A stretch of DNA of 64,000 bases from a virus. Taxonomy: Duplodnaviria; Caudoviricetes. The DNA lies in IMG/VR virus record IMGVR_UViG_2757320919_000001, positions 1-64,000 of that record. One strand, written 5' to 3'. The translations under genes and the position numbers were made by a program. The notes below the pieces were generated by a model. The model had not been told where the DNA came from, ran no database searches, and saw nothing but the letters and a program-made list of their open reading frames with translations. This document shows positions 45,296 through 55,780 of this stretch, in pieces (positions within the stretch are counted from its first letter, which is position 1; each line of letters starts with the position of its first letter).

Positions 45296-47145
45296 CTATA
45301 AGTTTTCAATATTAAATGATTTTGTACTTAATATTTGCTTTCTAAAATCAATACCATTATCTGACATCCACTGCTCTAGAACTTTTTCATCATTATCTTT
45401 CCACTCAATTTTTTCTAAGCAGTTATCTATACCATCTTTTGCAAATACTATTCTATAATTAGCTGCAGACCAACTTCCTAACCCTTTCATGTATATAACT
45501 TCAGCATTTTTAGGTAAATTATCTTGGTCTTTTTGATATTCACCTAATGTATAGTACCATTTAATTAATTTATCATTTTGCAATACTGAAATAATAGGTG
45601 TTTTTAATCTATACACTCTACCTTCTGTTAGTAAGTTTGGCTGTAATTTATAAACTAGTGCTGTAATTAAACATGCAATATGGTTTCCATCCAAATCAGC
45701 ATCGGTAGCTATTACCATGTTTTCATATTTTGTTTCAGGTAACCCTAAGCCCATAGCTTCTACAATATCCATAACTCTTTGATTTTTTAATAATTGTGCT
45801 GTAGAACATTTTAAAGCATTTTGTAATTTACCTGTTAAAGGTAAGAAACTACTACAATCTCTACCAACTGCTTGTATTAAAGAAGAAAGTGCGCTATCTC
45901 CTTCTGCTATATACATGAATTTAGGATCTTTAGTATGTTTAGTAAATTTAGGATTAAATCTTTCTTTAGCTTCTTTTCTTTCAAAGGTATTTTGTTTTCT
46001 ATTTTCTAATTCTTGTTGAACTTTATATAATTCAATTATTGGGTCTTTAATGTGTGTATTTTTGAATAATAGTTCAGCAAAATCAGTATATTTTAGTGTA
46101 GGTATTCCTAATTCGGTTATAGTATTCTTAATTTCTTCTTTTGTTTGGCCTCCACCAAATCTTAGATTCTTTTTATTTTTAAGAATTAGAATGACACCTA
46201 TCCTGCTTTTTACAGCTGTGTTTGTAATTTTGGAGTATCCCTTTCTTAAACGATTACCAAAAGCATTTACAATATTATTTGAAATATAATCTAATGCTAC
46301 CCCACCTTTATTTAAATCAAGTGAATTTACAATATGCACAAACTTATACTCATCAGTAGGAAATATAGCAAGTTCTAAGTTTTCATCACTTTGCAATATT
46401 GAGAAACTATCAGAGTAATATTTTATAAATTCTTTAAACTCTTTTACTTTAATTAGTTTTCCCTGAAATGTAAATTCTATACCAGGATTTGAATAAGCTA
46501 TGTTTATAAGTAACGCATGTATATGATTTATTAAGTCATCATTAATCTCTTTTAATTCTAGCCTTTCAAAATCTGGTTTAAACTTAATTGTAACACCATG
46601 TGTTGATGAGGCAGGCGCTTTATCTTCTTTATGCTCTATTATAGACATATTGTTTAAACATTTTACAATACCTCTATCCCCTTCAAGAGTAATTGTTGTT
46701 AATTGATACTCAGAACTAAATAATGGTATTAATTTAGAACCTATGCCATGCGCACCTATTGTAATTCTATCTTTTTTTCTTTTTCTAAAAATGTATAATT
46801 ACTTGATGTTCTAAACTTGGTAGTTGCCATAACATAAGTATCTATTGGTAATCCTCTACCATTATCTGATATTGTTATTATACCACTATCTTTATCAATC
46901 TTCAATGATATTTTATTAGCGTATTTTCCACCAGTTCTGGTAAATTCATCGATTGAATTTTGAATAGCTTCATCTATTTGTTTTGTTAATGTTTGATTAT
47001 ACACTATTTCTTTATTAATAATTTTGTTATTTTCTAAGACTTTAACTGTATTATTGAATGATGTTAATGCACCAGTTATAAGATGAGGTAAGTTTAGATA
47101 GTACTCAACTTCATTTTCAGCATGTACAATCTTATTTTCTATCAT
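45296..47145 (-). CDS. 39: gp39+60 topoisomerase II large subunit, interrupted by a -1 frameshift at 46771-46778
   Basis: The N-piece has DEAIQNSIDE and DNGRGLP. The -1 frame supplies DRITIGAHGIGSKL and runs into the TOPRIM motifs AEGDSA and TDADLDG. About 616 aa when joined. Confidence 0.88.
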
Positions 47146-47247
47146 TATTTTCCTTTCAACTTTATTAATAATATCATATCAAACATTAACTTAAATTTTG
47201 CTTAATCTACACATAAGAGGGTTTAATAAATAGTCCTCTTATATTCA

Positions 47248-48450
47248 CTAAATTAACCCTATCTTTTTATTGTTTATATTTTTCATATGTGATATGTCAT
47301 TTTCTTTTAGATAATTTTTAAAATTATTTTTACAAGCAATGTTATATTTTTCTCCTTCTATAATATTACTTAAATTACACTGAAGAATATTATCACTTAT
47401 CAATTTGTTGAATGATTTTTTAGGTAAACCATTGTTTTCCCATATTTTTAAGGCTTCTTTTTTAGTCAATGTTCTTAGGTTTAATATATCAAATGTTCTA
47501 CCTGCTCTTAATAATGCTGGATCAATCTCATTAATGTTTCTATTTGTTGTAATTATAAACTTTGTTTTGCATGTAATATCATTATTTATACCTTCAGTAA
47601 ATGATAAAAAGTGTGACATAAATTGATTTCGTTGTGCATCTATACCATTTTGAATGTCAGATCTAGGCAATAGATAATCTAAATCATCAAATAATACTAA
47701 ATTATACCTATTTGCTAACAACTCATTCCAGAACGCATCACCAGCTAATAAACTCTCATTTTTTACAACTGCAACATTTATACAATTACCATCATCATCT
47801 GACTTATCAAATACTTTTTCTTCTAATTCAAGATGTTTATATTTCTTATAATCCAAATTTAACAAAAAGTTTAAATAACATTCTGCAAGTTTTGTTTTCC
47901 CTGTTCCAGGTTGGCCATATAATATTAAAATATTGCTATTTGCAAATAGAAACTGTATAAACATTTCATTTAAATCTAAAAAAGGGTAATAATCATAATC
48001 AATATTTTTATAATTATCTTTAGTTTTAGATGAATCTACATATACTAATTCCCCTTTTTCTTCATAGAAACTCTTTATTTTGATTAATAACTCATCAGTA
48101 CCAGTAACATATTTCTTTAAAATATTGTTATAAAATCCTTTTAAAAAATCAATACTGTTTGAATACATATCTAACTTAACAAGTTTACCTATTCTATAAG
48201 TTATTTCAATATATATGTTAGATAACCTAAAAACAAATATATTTGTATCACCTTCAATACCATCCCATTCATAATAAGAAGTTTTTAAAAATGTTTTTAT
48301 TTCATCTAATAATTCATCTAATTTATCAACTGGAATTTTTATATTTTCTAACTGTTCATTATAATTATCACATATAAACTTGCTTTTCAAAGCAAATCCA
48401 GGTTTTGGTGTTCCAAATGCGTTATCTGAAATTACATGTTTAATACTCAT
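47248..48450 (-). CDS. AAA+ ATPase
   Basis: GQPGTGKT, VLFDDLD, ITTN, IDPALLRAGR. Confidence 0.85.
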   Translation of the reverse strand: MSIKHVISDNAFGTPKPGFALKSKFICDNYNEQLENIKIPVDKLDELLDEIKTFLKTSYYEWDGIEGDTNIFVFRLSNIYIEITYRIGKLVKLDMYSNSIDFLKGFYNNILKKYVTGTDELLIKIKSFYEEKGELVYVDSSKTKDNYKNIDYDYYPFLDLNEMFIQFLFANSNILILYGQPGTGKTKLAECYLNFLLNLDYKKYKHLELEEKVFDKSDDDGNCINVAVVKNESLLAGDAFWNELLANRYNLVLFDDLDYLLPRSDIQNGIDAQRNQFMSHFLSFTEGINNDITCKTKFIITTNRNINEIDPALLRAGRTFDILNLRTLTKKEALKIWENNGLPKKSFNKLISDNILQCNLSNIIEGEKYNIACKNNFKNYLKENDISHMKNINNKKIGLI

Positions 48451-48500
48451 ACAATTCTCCTTTTTTAGAGAATTGTATTACTTAATTCCTTAAAAATATC

Positions 48501-48764
48501 TTAGTTATTATAATGTTTTAAGCTTTCAACTAATACTTCATGAAACACATTTAAATCTTCATATGTAATTAATATATTAATTTCTTTTATAAAGTCTTCC
48601 AAACTTGTAATTGGTTCAACATCAAACTCAAAGTTATGACTATGATGTTCAATATTATATTCTTGTACTATTTGCAATGTTTCAGTTATAGCTTCTATTT
48701 CATGTCCTTTTGCAAATTGTGATAAGCCATTTATAGTTATATCTTTTATTAACTGTTTATCCAT
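48501..48764 (-). CDS. Hypothetical protein
   Basis: 87 aa with GAAGGA RBS. Confidence 0.6.
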   Translation of the reverse strand: MDKQLIKDITINGLSQFAKGHEIEAITETLQIVQEYNIEHHSHNFEFDVEPITSLEDFIKEINILITYEDLNVFHEVLVESLKHYNN

Positions 48765-48820
48765 TGTATATATCCTTCTTTCTAATAAATATTTTAAAAT
48801 ATTTATTAGAAAGGTTTATA

Positions 48821-49222
48821 ATGACTTTTGTTGAAAAAAACATGATTAAAGAACTCAAGAAAACCATATCAGCAAAAAAACCATTAGTTTTATGTTTTAT
48901 GTCAAAATTACTACAAAAAGAGGTACAAAAACTTTTAAAAGGTAATAAATTAATAACTGTTATAAAAATTATATTATATGCTTTTGATAAAATACCTGTT
49001 GAAGTAAAAAGAGGGGTTTTAGGATATGTTGAAAATGAAAAAAATATTCCATTTCAGTATAAATATGATAATACAACAAAAACACTAACATTTTCATTAA
49101 ATAAAAAATCATATAATTTTAATTTATGCACTGCTAATGAATATATTAAAGTCTTAGCAAATGAAACTAATTGGATGATTTTAAAGAAGAATTTAAATAA
49201 TGCATTAAAAAATATAAAGTAG
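48821..49222 (+). CDS. Basic hypothetical protein
   Basis: MTFVEK start after GAAAGG. Confidence 0.6.
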   Translation: MTFVEKNMIKELKKTISAKKPLVLCFMSKLLQKEVQKLLKGNKLITVIKIILYAFDKIPVEVKRGVLGYVENEKNIPFQYKYDNTTKTLTFSLNKKSYNFNLCTANEYIKVLANETNWMILKKNLNNALKNIK

Positions 49223-49237
49223 GATATATCCTACTTT
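49216..49237. terminator. Bidirectional terminator (22-bp palindrome)
   Basis: AAAGTAGGATATATCCTACTTT between convergent genes. Confidence 0.7.
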
Positions 49238-49239
49238 TA

Positions 49240-49758
49240 TTAATATTCTACTGTAACAACATCATTTTTATACACTGACATTCCATTTATAAATGTTATT
49301 TTTGTTAAAGTACCATCATGTGTATAATTTGTTGTTGGAATAAGGTTTCCATTAACATATACTTTTGAAGGTTTTAATGAAAGAGAATTATCGGAAACTT
49401 CTGTAACTGGAGTATTATAATCACTTGAACTAACAGTTATATTAACAGAAGATGATATAGAACCTCCACTTATTTTTTTCCATTTTGATGGACTTGTATC
49501 TGGTTGATTCCCTCTATTTCCATCTGATAAAGAAACATATATATAATTGTTATATTTTACTATTTGATTTTGTGTATATGTTGTGCCTGTATCCCAATTT
49601 GATGGATCAGTAATACCAATAATTGAATTCACTTGAGACATAACAGTATCAAGTTCCTTTTTTAATTGTAAACTAGGTTTCCCTAGGACATCTTGATCTG
49701 CAATTTCACCATTTTTAGGGCATAACTTTTCAAATTCTGTATAGTTTGTAATAGCCAT
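49240..49758 (-). CDS. Virion protein with CBM5/12-like carbohydrate-binding module
   Basis: WDTGTTY...IVKYN..IY......N.G.QP..SPSKWKK; late promoter at 49789-49782. Confidence 0.65.
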   Translation of the reverse strand: MAITNYTEFEKLCPKNGEIADQDVLGKPSLQLKKELDTVMSQVNSIIGITDPSNWDTGTTYTQNQIVKYNNYIYVSLSDGNRGNQPDTSPSKWKKISGGSISSSVNITVSSSDYNTPVTEVSDNSLSLKPSKVYVNGNLIPTTNYTHDGTLTKITFINGMSVYKNDVVTVEY

Positions 49759-49790
49759 TTATAAAATCTCCATTTTATTTTTATTTATAT

Positions 49791-50432
49791 TCAATAGCTT
49801 ATTTGTGGTGGAAAAGGGTCAAACAAAAATGTTACATCAAATGTTGCCAAACCATTACTATTTTGATCAAGTGATAATCCACCATGACTTCTTATCATAG
49901 CACATTGTGTATCTATAATAACATGTCCACCATTTTTAAATTCATTATTTTGTACAGATTGATTTATGTAATTCCTAGATTCTCTTAATGTTCTTTTCCT
50001 TATCTTAATGATCCACATCTGATCATCTGGATATTGATCTTTTAAATGACCAGTAAGTTTTTTAAAAGCTGAATATAAAAAACCACCATCACTATCTCTA
50101 AAAGTTATAGTTAATTGTTGTAATTCGTGTCGTCCTTGAGTATAAACCCAACTAGAACCTATCCATTCATTTATTTCAGCAAATGAAATAGGATCTATTG
50201 AAACTCTTTGTATTAATATATCCATATTTGGTAAGTCAAGAATATTGATTCTACCAGCACCAGGAACTTCATTTTTTAAAGCAAAAGTATCAATGCTATA
50301 TAAACTTTCTAAATCAAAATTAGTACCATATGCTTTTTGTATTTTTTGTGCTAATTCAGTTATAGCTGATTGTGTTTTATTGCCACCAAAAAAATCTGAT
50401 ATTGCACCAACAGCTGTATTTAATATACCCAT
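49791..50432 (-). CDS. Tail tube-like / gp54-like protein
   Basis: LTITFRD...ATFDVTF tube fold motifs; start ATG at 50432. Confidence 0.55.
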   Translation of the reverse strand: MGILNTAVGAISDFFGGNKTQSAITELAQKIQKAYGTNFDLESLYSIDTFALKNEVPGAGRINILDLPNMDILIQRVSIDPISFAEINEWIGSSWVYTQGRHELQQLTITFRDSDGGFLYSAFKKLTGHLKDQYPDDQMWIIKIRKRTLRESRNYINQSVQNNEFKNGGHVIIDTQCAMIRSHGGLSLDQNSNGLATFDVTFLFDPFPPQISY

Positions 50433-50437
50433 AAAAC

Positions 50438-50472
50438 CCTCTCTATAAATATTACTAATATTTATAGAGAGG
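50438..50472. promoter_or_regulatory. Palindromic bidirectional late promoter and RBS
   Basis: CCTCTCTATAAATATTA-C-TAATATTTATAGAGAGG has TATAAATA and AGAGAGG on both strands. Confidence 0.85.
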
Positions 50473-50477
50473 AAGTC

Positions 50478-51131
50478 ATGGAACTGGAAATTTGGAAAGG
50501 AAAACATTCTATTTTATTAAATAAATTATATAATGATAATAATTATATTTATGACAGCGATATTATTGATGTTTTAGTATATAAATGCCTAAACCAACCT
50601 AAATATATTACAAATGATGAGGCTAGATTCCTATTTTTTAAAAAATATTTCGCTGAAGTATGTAGTGAAATAGATTCTAGTTTTAAATGCCCATACTGTA
50701 ATGAAATGAATGATATAAAATTTACTAATGATGATATCTCTATAACCGAATACTCGTTAGAACCTATTGAAATAAATGTAGATAATGTTATTGTTACAAT
50801 TTATTTTAAAAAAGAATTATCACAAGATGACTCTTTAAGTCTTATTACAGAAACAAAAAACATGATAGACCACGAGAAAAGGTTGCTAGAATTATATTAT
50901 ATGATTGACTATATTTCTATAAATGGTGAAGAGTTAAGAGGTAATCATATTATATTTGAAAAATATACTAATGAACTCCCATTATCATGTTTTAATAAAA
51001 TATTTGATTATTTTATTAACTCTATACCAAAACATAGCATTATTAAAAATTGCTCTTGTAAAAATTGTAATAGTGAAATAAATGTTGAATTAAAAGAATT
51101 ACCTGAATCTGTTAGAAGGAATTTATTTTGA
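50478..51131 (+). CDS. Baseplate hub assembly protein (gp26/gp51-like)
   Basis: CPYC and CKNC motifs; baseplate context. Confidence 0.55.
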   Translation: MELEIWKGKHSILLNKLYNDNNYIYDSDIIDVLVYKCLNQPKYITNDEARFLFFKKYFAEVCSEIDSSFKCPYCNEMNDIKFTNDDISITEYSLEPIEINVDNVIVTIYFKKELSQDDSLSLITETKNMIDHEKRLLELYYMIDYISINGEELRGNHIIFEKYTNELPLSCFNKIFDYFINSIPKHSIIKNCSCKNCNSEINVELKELPESVRRNLF

Positions 51132-51790
51132 CAAAAGATATTATCATTAATAATAGGCATTACTGTTTAAATGTATGGAAGATAAAAGATGAAATAGGTA
51201 TATTACATCAATTTATTGATTGGATTGAACTACCATTAGAAGATCAAATAAATAAGATAGCTAATATATTGATACCACAAACAAAAGATTTGGATTATAT
51301 TTCAAGATTATATATTATGATAATATTATCGTCTTATGCTAATGGTGATTATAGTGATATATTATTAACTTGTCCACATTGTGGCAATCCTATTGATACA
51401 AGAATAAACATAAGAGAGAATTTAGAATTTATACCTCCAAAAACTGTTGAAGTTGAAATTAACAATAAAAAACATACTATTTCAAAACAAAATATTGAGC
51501 TATGTAATGAGTTACCATTAAAAGATTATAACTCTATTTTAAATCAATTAAATGATGATGGTGATTTAAAATTATGTGCTAAAGTAAAATGTATTATGTG
51601 TAATAATGATGTTTTAGCTGTAAGAGAATTAAAAGATTTATTTGAAAACTATGTTATAATGCTTGATTTAGAATGGTATTATTCTACACTTAAATATTTT
51701 ATATCACAATTAGGTTTTAGTAAAACAGATTTTGATAGTTTATATCCTTTTGAAATTGAATTATTGACAAACGAGAATAAAGATGAGTGA
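51128..51790 (+). CDS. Baseplate hub assembly protein (gp26/gp51-like)
   Basis: WKIKDE, CPHC, CIMC; C-terminal LYPFE motif. Confidence 0.55.
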   Translation: MTKDIIINNRHYCLNVWKIKDEIGILHQFIDWIELPLEDQINKIANILIPQTKDLDYISRLYIMIILSSYANGDYSDILLTCPHCGNPIDTRINIRENLEFIPPKTVEVEINNKKHTISKQNIELCNELPLKDYNSILNQLNDDGDLKLCAKVKCIMCNNDVLAVRELKDLFENYVIMLDLEWYYSTLKYFISQLGFSKTDFDSLYPFEIELLTNENKDE

Positions 51791-54446
51791 TATTATTAAA
51801 ATAGATGGCCAAATGGTTTCATTAGATGTAGATTCTTTAAAAGATGCTTCTATTGAAACTATTATTAAAATATTAAATTATACTGAAGATACATTTAAAC
51901 CTTTACTAGATTATATGTCTAACAATGGAATCCCTTATTATATGATTTTATATGGAAGATTTAATAATGAGTCTTTATATAAACAAATGGGAATAAACAT
52001 CCTAAAAACATTAGGTGCTGTTGCAATGTTATTCCCACCTGTAAGGTTAGTAGGATCAGGTTCTAGAGTTATTACTGTTGTACCAAAATTAGTATTTAGT
52101 AAAGGTGGATTGGTAAATGTTACATTAATATCTGCTGGTGCAGCTTTAAAAACAGAAGAAAATAATGAGCTATATACACTTGAAACTATGCTTAAAAATG
52201 CAATTGTGTTTATATTTGAAGATATTATAGTTAGTACTTTTAAAATGGCTAAAGATGGTATAATGAAATTAAGTTTAGGTATAGCTGAAAAAATAAAAAA
52301 AGATGGAAGTGTTTTAGTTAATGGATTACCTATATACTTATATACAGATCTTGATAACATGGATCCAACTTTATTATCAAAAAATTCAGAAACTTACGAT
52401 AAATTAAGACCTGATTTATTAATTATTTTTGAATACATCACAACTCAAGCTAAAACTAATAAATTTGTTGATAATTATTATTTTGAATCTTTAAGTTTAA
52501 TGAAGGAAAAAGATCCAAAACTATATTCAATGGTAAAAAATTCAATATTTGGAAAACAACATGTAAGACAAGGATTTATAAGGCTTGTACACAACGCAAT
52601 GTATTATTTTTCAAATTCTTATGAAGTAACATATGATGATTTTAATGATAATATAGATGATGTCCTACCATCTAATATATTAAATGATTTTAAAAAAATG
52701 ATTTTGGACAATTCTTTAGAACCATTAAAAGACAAAAAAGGGAAACAAAAAACATCACTATTTGGTGATAAATTATATAAAGTAGTATATGATAAAAGTG
52801 CTTCACAAAGTTATAATATTGGAGATGTACAAGATCTTAATAGGTTGACAAAAGCACAATTTTTTAATGTGAATAAAAAACTTCAAAATCAGACAGTTTT
52901 AAGTCAATTTGATATAGAACCACAGAAAACAGAAAAAAATACTGCAAATGTTTCAACACCATCTACTATAGTAGGAAGAGTAAATTCTGTACTACAAAAA
53001 CATGTAGGTAGGGCAAAATTAACATCAGAAGGAGTTGCTCATGTTAAAAAATATGGTATTACTACAACAAAGTCAAGCCTTACTTTAGAAGGTTTTGATC
53101 CATCTAAATATTATTTTTCATATAGTGGTAATGAACCATTTAATACTGGTATAGGAAAATTAGATTCAAACCTTTTATACAATTTAAATCTAATGGCTTA
53201 TGACTATTTTAATACATATAAAAAACAATTTACTGTAACTTCTGGTTATAGGAGTATAGAATTACAGCAAAAACTATATAATAATTTTATAAATGGTAAG
53301 GGTAGTCCTGCAAACAGACCTGGATATTCATTACATGAATATGGTATGGCAGTAGATATTAATAGTGCAGATGCAATAAAATTAGATTCTAGTGGAATGC
53401 TTTCAAAATATGATTTTTGGAGACCTATACCAAATAAGGAACCTTGGCATGTTCAACCAAAAAATATTACTGATAAAAACGGTGATGGTATGCTTGAAGC
53501 TGATATTATTGAAACTAAAAAGAAACAAGCAAATACATTACAAAAAACAAAACCTATAAATACTACTTCAATCAATACAAATGTAAAAAAACAATTATCT
53601 ACAAATACAGTAGTTTCTACTTCTGGTAAATATTATTCTATAAATATAGGTAGATCTATGTATGTTTCTAATATAAAACAAGAAAAACCTATAAAAGCAA
53701 ATACAAGAGATGTTAAACCAACCACAAATAAAGCTATAATAGATACAAAAACTATTGAATCAACTGCAAATAAAGAAGTTATAACAGATATAAAAACAAA
53801 ACCTATTAATCATTCTAATATATCAAGAAAGTATGCTCCAGAGGATACAATTGAAATTAATAAAGAAGTTATAACAGATATAAAAACAAAACCTATTAAT
53901 CATTCTAATATATCAAGAAAGTATGCTCCAGAGGATACAATTGAAATTAATAAAGAAGTAAAGAGATTGGGTGATGAGTTTGCACAAAAAAATAATAAAG
54001 GTGCATCTATTCCTGGAGATATAGGATATAAAGATGCTGGTAATGGCGTATCTATTCCTGGTGATATAGAATACGAGGAGAAAAAAATAGCAACTTCTTA
54101 TGATGTTAAAACTCAAAAAGCAAAAAATATAACTTATAAAAAAGGAAAAGATGATAATACCTATTATACATCAGATGGTAATTTTATTACCAAGAAAACA
54201 AGAATATATGATGATGGAACTAAGGAAGATTACTATTTAACAAATACCGGTCTTGAATTAACAGAAAATATGTTACAAAATGATACAGACGAACAATTTA
54301 CTGAAATGTCAGGATTATCAAAGGATCAATTTCAAAAAGGTATTAATTTAATAAATAATAAACAATCTTCTACTAATGGAGACGGTGATAAATCTTCTGT
54401 TGATGCTGTCAAATCAGTTGAAATTACAAAGAAATTAGGATTATAA
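51783..54446 (+). CDS. Large tail/tape-measure-like protein with M15 (VanY-like) peptidase domain
   Basis: VTSGYRS...Q..LY...PGYSLHEYGMAVD...EPWHV. Confidence 0.7.
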   Translation: MSDIIKIDGQMVSLDVDSLKDASIETIIKILNYTEDTFKPLLDYMSNNGIPYYMILYGRFNNESLYKQMGINILKTLGAVAMLFPPVRLVGSGSRVITVVPKLVFSKGGLVNVTLISAGAALKTEENNELYTLETMLKNAIVFIFEDIIVSTFKMAKDGIMKLSLGIAEKIKKDGSVLVNGLPIYLYTDLDNMDPTLLSKNSETYDKLRPDLLIIFEYITTQAKTNKFVDNYYFESLSLMKEKDPKLYSMVKNSIFGKQHVRQGFIRLVHNAMYYFSNSYEVTYDDFNDNIDDVLPSNILNDFKKMILDNSLEPLKDKKGKQKTSLFGDKLYKVVYDKSASQSYNIGDVQDLNRLTKAQFFNVNKKLQNQTVLSQFDIEPQKTEKNTANVSTPSTIVGRVNSVLQKHVGRAKLTSEGVAHVKKYGITTTKSSLTLEGFDPSKYYFSYSGNEPFNTGIGKLDSNLLYNLNLMAYDYFNTYKKQFTVTSGYRSIELQQKLYNNFINGKGSPANRPGYSLHEYGMAVDINSADAIKLDSSGMLSKYDFWRPIPNKEPWHVQPKNITDKNGDGMLEADIIETKKKQANTLQKTKPINTTSINTNVKKQLSTNTVVSTSGKYYSINIGRSMYVSNIKQEKPIKANTRDVKPTTNKAIIDTKTIESTANKEVITDIKTKPINHSNISRKYAPEDTIEINKEVITDIKTKPINHSNISRKYAPEDTIEINKEVKRLGDEFAQKNNKGASIPGDIGYKDAGNGVSIPGDIEYEEKKIATSYDVKTQKAKNITYKKGKDDNTYYTSDGNFITKKTRIYDDGTKEDYYLTNTGLELTENMLQNDTDEQFTEMSGLSKDQFQKGINLINNKQSSTNGDGDKSSVDAVKSVEITKKLGL
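53769..53959 (+). repeat. Perfect in-frame 90-bp tandem duplication
   Basis: NKEVITDIKTKPINHSNISRKYAPEDTIEI twice, bounded by AATAAAGAAGT at 53769, 53859 and 53949. Confidence 0.95.
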
Positions 54447-54447
54447 T

Positions 54448-55404
54448 ATGGCTGAAGTAATTAATATACCTGGATTAGATAATGAAAAATATTTAGTTAA
54501 AATAACAGCTTACGATATTGATAATTTAGGTATAGGGAAGGAAGTTATGGATTCCTGGGATGATTTGATAAAAAAAGTTGATGAAAGCGGATCAACTGAT
54601 ATTAACTTAGAAGGAGAGTACTCATCTATAGATCAGTTATCCGAAACTTCAAGTAATATATTAAAACGCACAGTTGAGCTAATGATTGATAGAGATTCTG
54701 CTGTTATATCAACAGATGCTGCTGGGACATTCTATTTCCCTCTACCAAACTCATTATCAGACCAATATGTACAATCATATGAAGTTCAGTCTATGAATTT
54801 GTTAGGTAGTGCTATTTCAAAAGCAAGTAGTTATACAGGTCAAACTTCTATAAAAAATATATCTGAACAAGCATTAAAAAGAAGTGGTATTCAACTAGAT
54901 CCTAATATCTTATCAATATATAGGTCATCAAATCCTAGGAATATAGATATGTCTTGGAACATAATACCAAAATCAAGAAAACAATATGACGCTTATGTTG
55001 CTCAAATAAGTAAATTAAAAAACTGGACAAAAGCTAAAAGGAACCCTATTACTTTAGGTAGTGTAGGAAATATAATACCTATGAACTTTTTGATTATGAA
55101 ATACATTTTTTGTATAGAAATTATTTCATTACAAAATGATAAAACACCTTTAGTTTCAAACCTATTAAGTGCTTCAAGAGATATTACAGAAGGCTTCTTT
55201 ATATCTTTAATAAATACTAATATAGGGTCAAGGCAATTAATGCTGAGACATGATGGTAACCCGACTGAATTTTCTCTGAGTATTCAATTTATTGAAAGGA
55301 AACCTTTATGGAGAGATGATTGGGAAAAGAAAATAAATAGCCTATATAACGATCAAGGTAAATCAGAAACTTCTTTAAAAGAAGATGATATTTATAAAGA
55401 ATAG
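54448..55404 (+). CDS. 48: gp48-like baseplate tail tube cap
   Basis: FPLPNSLSDQY...DPN....Y....PR...SW.IIPKS...LSIQF.E. Confidence 0.65.
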   Translation: MAEVINIPGLDNEKYLVKITAYDIDNLGIGKEVMDSWDDLIKKVDESGSTDINLEGEYSSIDQLSETSSNILKRTVELMIDRDSAVISTDAAGTFYFPLPNSLSDQYVQSYEVQSMNLLGSAISKASSYTGQTSIKNISEQALKRSGIQLDPNILSIYRSSNPRNIDMSWNIIPKSRKQYDAYVAQISKLKNWTKAKRNPITLGSVGNIIPMNFLIMKYIFCIEIISLQNDKTPLVSNLLSASRDITEGFFISLINTNIGSRQLMLRHDGNPTEFSLSIQFIERKPLWRDDWEKKINSLYNDQGKSETSLKEDDIYKE

Positions 55405-55419
55405 AAAGGATGCAATTTT

Positions 55420-55773
55420 ATGAATGATACACAAACTATCCAAATATTTGATTTAATAGGTGACTCACAAGCTAGAGATTATATTGCTATAAAAGCTTAT
55501 AAAATAGGAAGTGATGTATCGGGTATAAAAGATAGTATTAATGACATTTTAGATGATGATCCATCAAAAGCATTTGATAATCTTTTAAACATGGCAGAGA
55601 ATAATATTTCAAATATTATAAACCCATCTAACTGGGAGGCAGGACCCAGATTAAAACCTGGTGTGCCATGTAAATATATTTGGATATTACCTATACCATC
55701 ATCTTTAGCAGAAGCATTTAGCCATGAATTTAATCAAGATGAAATAGATCCAATAGGTGATATGATAGGATAA
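55420..55773 (+). CDS. Second gp48-like paralogue, N-terminal piece
   Basis: IAIKAY...LPIPSSLAEAFSHEF parallels the N-half of 54448..55404. Confidence 0.55.
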   Translation: MNDTQTIQIFDLIGDSQARDYIAIKAYKIGSDVSGIKDSINDILDDDPSKAFDNLLNMAENNISNIINPSNWEAGPRLKPGVPCKYIWILPIPSSLAEAFSHEFNQDEIDPIGDMIG

Positions 55774-55780
55774 TAAAATT

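Noticed and set aside
46649-46755. T4 gene 60-style ribosomal bypass gap
   Set aside because: The gap is fully coding in the -1 frame (GAHGIG motif), so a single-base shift explains it.
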